This document shows, piece after piece, positions 59,778 through 64,000 of a stretch of DNA of 64,000 nucleotides (positions are counted from its first letter, which is position 1; every line of letters begins with the position of its first letter). A model generated the notes under the pieces. The model was not told where the DNA came from, searched no databases, and worked only from the letters and a program-made list of their open reading frames with translations. The translations under genes were made by a program, and so were the position numbers. The DNA comes from a candidate division FCPU426 bacterium (GTDB lineage Bacteria > Oederibacteriota > Muellerivitia > Muellerivitales > Muellerivitaceae), in assembly GCA_963738405.1 (NCBI GenBank), contig CAVTWJ010000014.1, positions 128,001 to 192,000 on the forward strand, given 5' to 3'.

Positions 59778-62700
59778 TTACCTTAGGACCAGCAATTTCC
59801 CTATCGTTTTTCCGCCGTTCGTCGTCACCACCACATAGTAAAGCCCGTTGGCCATCGGCCCTCCCCAACGGCTCACCAACGGGAGATGAAGGGCCGTTCC
59901 TGAAGGCACCGAATCCTCTGTCCAATCGACAACCTTGCGGAAATTGACCGTGAAAACCTCAATTCGAACCTTTGACAGGCCCGGATAGCTCGGCGGGAGG
60001 ATGTTGACGGTTCCGCCCGGAACGGGGTTGGGATAGAGGCCCACATGACCCGCTAGCGGCGTGGAAACCGGGGTTACCGTCAAGGCAGGGCTCGGCGTGG
60101 AGGTGGGGGTGGCCGAAGGGCTAGGGGTAGCGGTAAAGACGGGGGTGCTGGTGGCCGAGGGCGAAAAGGTTGGCGTCGAGGTTCGGGTCAAGGTGATGGT
60201 AAAGCTCGCGGTAGCGGAAGGGGTCGGAGTTGAAGTCGAAGCGGCGGTATTGACCGGTGTCAGGGTGGCGGTGGGCGTCACCGTCCAGGTTGGGGTTGGA
60301 GTCGGGGTCCCCGACGCGGTTTGCGTCAAGGTGGAAGTAGATGTCAGCGTATGGGTAGGGCTGAATTGCGCGGTTAAGGTCGGTGTTTCCGTAAGGGTCG
60401 GAGTCGTCGTCATCGTGAAGGTCGATGTCCTAGTGGCGGTATGGGTGGAAGTCGGGGTGGTCGTAACGGTGGAAGTGGAGGTAAGGGTCGCGGTCAAGGT
60501 TTGGGTGGCAGTGAAAGATGAGGAGGATGTGGGTGTAGAAGTGAAAGAATGGGTGGGGGTAGGGGACAGGGTGTTGGTGGGACTGAATTGCGGCGTGAGG
60601 GTTATCGTTCCCGTGGGGGTGGGCGTGCTGGTGGTCGTATTGGTTGCTGTACGGGTGGCAGTCGCCGGGAGCGTGGCGGTTGATGTAAAAGTTCCCGTGG
60701 AGGTCGAGGACGCCGTCGGGGTAAGGGTCTTAGTCGTGGTGGTCGTCGCGGTAGAGGTTTGAGTCAGGGTGGCCGTGGGTGAGGAAGTCGCAGTCACGGT
60801 CCGGGTACTGGTTAAAGTATTGGCGGTGGTGAAGGTGGAGGAGGCCGTGAGGGTTTGGGTTGGGGTAGAGGTAAGGGTGCTTGTCTTTGTCACCGTGGGG
60901 GTAGAGGTTTGAGTCGCCGTCAATGTGCTGGTGGGGGTGTTGGTGCGGGTGACTGTTGATGTGGAAGTCGAGGTACTCGCCGGAGTGGGTGTGGAAGTCG
61001 GGCTCGGCGTCGGGGTGCGGGTGGGAGTACCCGAAGGCGTCGGAGAACTGGTGCCAGTTGAAGTAATGGTATTGCTGGGTGTGGAAGTTTTGGTCAGGGT
61101 GGCTGAGGGGGTAGGGCTGGGTGTGTTCGTGCGGGTCGCGGTGGGCGTGCTGGTCGGGGTGCCCGCCGGGATATCCCCGTAAAGGATTCCCCTGGCCCCG
61201 GGGGCTATATAACAACGGCCATAGATACTTTCATCCCCCTCGATCCAACCTGGGATGAACGGCTTGCTGGCGTTGCTGATCGAGGTCCAGGTTACGCCCG
61301 CGCCGTCGTCGCACCGGAAAATACCTTGGGTTCCATTAACGGTTCCTGACAGGAAGACCGCCGGGTGGGTCTGGCCGGAGGCGGCCTTGCCGAACCCCAC
61401 CGGACCCTTGGGCTCGTACACGTTCGCGAGGGCCGTCACGCTGGAACCCCCGTTGGTGAATCGGAAGAGGGCGTTGTAGGTGGAGACCCAGAATTCCCCG
61501 GGCTCCCCGAAGACGGAACGGGGCATGACCCACTGCCCGTTGCCGTTGGCGTCGCCCCAATTGACCGCGATGGTGTTCACCTGGGTGAAGCTGGCCCCGG
61601 AGTTGGTGCTCTCGTAGATCGTCACCGAATTGCCGTAAACCCATTCGCTGGGATAGGTGGCGTAGAAGGTGGTTGCGTTCGAACGGTCCGAGGCCACCAT
61701 GGCGCCGCTGGGAAGACCCGAGCAGGCCGTCCAACTCCCGCCGAGGGAGGAAGCATAGGCCGGGGAGCCGTAGCCGCTATAGGGAGAAACCACCACCCGG
61801 GACCCGTCGGCGGCCACCGCCACCGATCCCATCTGGCCCGTTGTGGTATAGCCCGGAGGGGCGCTGCCCCAGGGCGTCCAGGTTTGCCCGTTGTTGGTAG
61901 AATAGGCCACGTCGCTGTTCACGGCTGAGGGGTTGGTGCTATTCCCCGCCCGGACCACCGTATTGGGTTTGGATTCGGCGAAGTCCAGCATGTTGGTGTT
62001 CGTGTATTGGGGATTGCAGTACATCCCTAAGGCGGGCGACTGGGTCACGTTCGTGTGGCGCATGCCCCCCACGTCGCCCATGCAGGAAAAGAGGATGCCT
62101 CCCGTCGCCGCGGGAGGCATGTAAATAGGAACCGTCTCCTCCAGGTTGTTGTCGGTGTAGGTCCAGGAAACGGGGCTCGCCTGGATATTGGCGCTGCTCC
62201 AAACCCCGCCCCCTTCCCCGGAGGGATAATAGGCGTTGTTGGAATTGAACGGATCGATGGCCACGAACCCCGCCCAACCCGCCCCGCCCGGGGCACCGCT
62301 GCATCCATTTTGGTAAATGGCGCTGTTGTTGTTGAAGACCGAGGAACCGGAGCCGGCCTCGGCGATAACCGACCAGGAACCCCCGCCGTTGGCGGTCGAA
62401 AGGACCCTATCGGGACCGCCCCACCAATCGATGGTCGAGACCAGGATATGGCTGGCGTTCTCGTGATCCACGCAGATACCGGCGTAACCGCCGGCGCCGC
62501 TCCCGGGGCCAATGGAAGGGGTTTCGTTGGTCCAGCCCAGGGTTCCGGTATTGAGCTTCCAGACCTGGCCCGTCGAGACGCTGTTGGGGCCGTAGCCGCC
62601 GCTGTCGTAGACGATCCAAAGGTTGCTGTCCGTCCCCAGGCTGGCGTGGGGCGTGACCATGTTGGAAGGCCCGCCGGAAATAAGGGTCCAGCTTCCTCCG

Positions 62701-63410
62701 GAGTTGGTGGAACGGTAGATATTGCTGTTGCCGGAGGACATGGAGAGGACGCCCACATAGATCGTGGCGGAAGCCGAGCCCGAGGTACCGTGGGGGTCGA
62801 AGATCACCCAGGAAAGGCCGTAGCCGGTATCGCCCAGAACCGGGAAGGAACCGACCTGAGTCCAGGAAGCGGCCGAATTGGCGCTCACCCAAAGCCCCTG
62901 CCAACGGGAGGCGAAATAAAGCTTGGAGGTCAGGTTGGGGTCCACCGCCAATCGTTCCCCCGCTTCCCTTCCGTCATTGTTGCCCGCGATGGAGACCGGA
63001 ATGGCATTGGCGGTCCAGGAGTTGCCTTGGTCGGTGGAGCTGAGGATGGTGCCGGCACCCGAGAAGCCCGCGGCGGCGTAGACCACGTTGGCGTTGACGG
63101 GATCGGGCGCGATGCTCTCCCCCCCGAAGTTGTTGCCCCCTCCATACATGTCGGTCAAGGGCACCCATTGGCTTGTGGAATTATTCCAGCGGTAGAAACC
63201 GCCGACATCGGTGCGCGCGTAAAGGAGATTCTGTTGGACAGGGCTGTAGACTAAGCCCGGGACAAAGCCGCCGCCCATAATCGCCACACTCTGCCAGGTA
63301 TAGGCTTGGGCGTAGGACCTTCCAGCACAACCTAAAACAAGACACAGCACCGCCAAAAAGACCGGCCTGCTTAGCACAAATAATTTGATTGGGTTATTCG
63401 AATAGGACAT
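59778..63410 (-). CDS. secreted GH74 xyloglucanase-like + Thr-rich stalk + T9SS-like CTD
   Basis: GGGFVPG, YARTDVGG, GERLAVDP, LEET, GDVGG, BNR repeats S.N.G.SW; GLYPNP..KLLVLR; start reassigned to MSYSN. Confidence 0.92.
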   Translation of the reverse strand: MSYSNNPIKLFVLSRPVFLAVLCLVLGCAGRSYAQAYTWQSVAIMGGGFVPGLVYSPVQQNLLYARTDVGGFYRWNNSTSQWVPLTDMYGGGNNFGGESIAPDPVNANVVYAAAGFSGAGTILSSTDQGNSWTANAIPVSIAGNNDGREAGERLAVDPNLTSKLYFASRWQGLWVSANSAASWTQVGSFPVLGDTGYGLSWVIFDPHGTSGSASATIYVGVLSMSSGNSNIYRSTNSGGSWTLISGGPSNMVTPHASLGTDSNLWIVYDSGGYGPNSVSTGQVWKLNTGTLGWTNETPSIGPGSGAGGYAGICVDHENASHILVSTIDWWGGPDRVLSTANGGGSWSVIAEAGSGSSVFNNNSAIYQNGCSGAPGGAGWAGFVAIDPFNSNNAYYPSGEGGGVWSSANIQASPVSWTYTDNNLEETVPIYMPPAATGGILFSCMGDVGGMRHTNVTQSPALGMYCNPQYTNTNMLDFAESKPNTVVRAGNSTNPSAVNSDVAYSTNNGQTWTPWGSAPPGYTTTGQMGSVAVAADGSRVVVSPYSGYGSPAYASSLGGSWTACSGLPSGAMVASDRSNATTFYATYPSEWVYGNSVTIYESTNSGASFTQVNTIAVNWGDANGNGQWVMPRSVFGEPGEFWVSTYNALFRFTNGGSSVTALANVYEPKGPVGFGKAASGQTHPAVFLSGTVNGTQGIFRCDDGAGVTWTSISNASKPFIPGWIEGDESIYGRCYIAPGARGILYGDIPAGTPTSTPTATRTNTPSPTPSATLTKTSTPSNTITSTGTSSPTPSGTPTRTPTPSPTSTPTPASTSTSTSTVTRTNTPTSTLTATQTSTPTVTKTSTLTSTPTQTLTASSTFTTANTLTSTRTVTATSSPTATLTQTSTATTTTTKTLTPTASSTSTGTFTSTATLPATATRTATNTTTSTPTPTGTITLTPQFSPTNTLSPTPTHSFTSTPTSSSSFTATQTLTATLTSTSTVTTTPTSTHTATRTSTFTMTTTPTLTETPTLTAQFSPTHTLTSTSTLTQTASGTPTPTPTWTVTPTATLTPVNTAASTSTPTPSATASFTITLTRTSTPTFSPSATSTPVFTATPSPSATPTSTPSPALTVTPVSTPLAGHVGLYPNPVPGGTVNILPPSYPGLSKVRIEVFTVNFRKVVDWTEDSVPSGTALHLPLVSRWGGPMANGLYYVVVTTNGGKTIGKLLVLR

Positions 63411-63636
63411 GGTTACTGAAGCTCCCGTTCCATTGTACCTCGATCGCCGCTGGGAGCTATTTGACTTTACCGCCAAACTGACCGTAAAAATATCAGACCA
63501 AAAAAAATAAGCTCGAAAACTTTAAACTTAGAGTGTTAGAAGAAAAAAACCACGCCCTCAACCCAAGATCCACGGAGGGAAGGGGAAGGAAGCCCATTCA
63601 TTCCCCTGCCCGTCCGCAGTTGCCTTGGTACGGCTT

Positions 63637-64000
63637 CTATTTCAAGATCAGCAGTTTACAAGTTGTCGTGGTGGTCTGGCCCTGCGATTTCACCGTGCAG
63701 GTCACGATATATAACCCGTTTGCCAGGTAATTCCCCACGTAGTTTTTCTCGTTCCAATAGACCGAATGGTTGCCGGTGGACCCGATGGAGGCTCCTGAAA
63801 CCATGGTCGACCAGATCAACCGGCCATCGATGGTATAGGCCTTGAGGGTGATCTCGGCGTTCGGGTCGATTCCCTCATCTCCCGAGGAACCCACCGTCTT
63901 GGCGCTGGCATTGGAGCTTCCCGAGCCGGTACCGGATAGATTCACCGCCAGGTTCACCCCGTTCCCTGTGGAGGGGTTCGGGTAGGCGATCACGCTCGCC
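63637..64000 (-). CDS. 3' end (type-B CTD) of another secreted array protein, truncated by the window edge
   Basis: ORF open to the window end, near-identical to the GH43 protein C-terminus. Confidence 0.85.
   Translation of the reverse strand, partial: ASVIAYPNPSTGNGVNLAVNLSGTGSGSSNASAKTVGSSGDEGIDPNAEITLKAYTIDGRLIWSTMVSGASIGSTGNHSVYWNEKNYVGNYLANGLYIVTCTVKSQGQTTTTTCKLLILK

Noticed and set aside
49980..61170. Repetitive DNA as a possible CRISPR array or satellite
   Set aside because: Repeats are degenerate, codon-phased and inside ORFs; no constant repeat-spacer structure and no cas genes

Overview
A gene-dense, moderately GC-rich bacterial chromosomal window with no rRNA, tRNA, CRISPR or recognisable mobile element. 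The host is probably a diderm (GT9 heptosyltransferase, likely outer-membrane barrel). The combination of YPNP-type C-terminal sorting domains, a c-di-AMP riboswitch and sigma-54 promoters suggests an FCB-adjacent candidate lineage, which is inference only. Left to right: (1) an envelope operon ending in an M48 peptidase fused to a pre-toxin-TG-like region, plus lipoproteins, a barrel/TPR pair, a STAS-PilZ-STAS triplet, HU and a DUF4403-like lipoprotein; (2) a divergent pair of transglutaminase fusions (TG + DUF2126 ligase; degenerate class II GATase + TG); (3) a sigma-54-driven amt with two P-II genes, one having a remodelled T-loop; (4) an osmoadaptation block: c-di-AMP riboswitch + KimA-like transporter, otsA-otsB-msc-DUF5752-treT, NhaP, kdpFABC/kdpDE with an extra small peptide; (5) a tandem array of at least five secreted proteins (CE4-like, GH30, GH43, GH74 and one cut by the window edge). 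The four complete ones have long (Thr-X)n stalks, and all five end in one of two T9SS-like C-terminal domain types that are duplicated at DNA level. The array is followed by a LacI HTH-only gene and has LacI-type operator candidates upstream of two genes. This array is the best candidate for an undescribed system. All family assignments are by motif recognition; no database searches were run.
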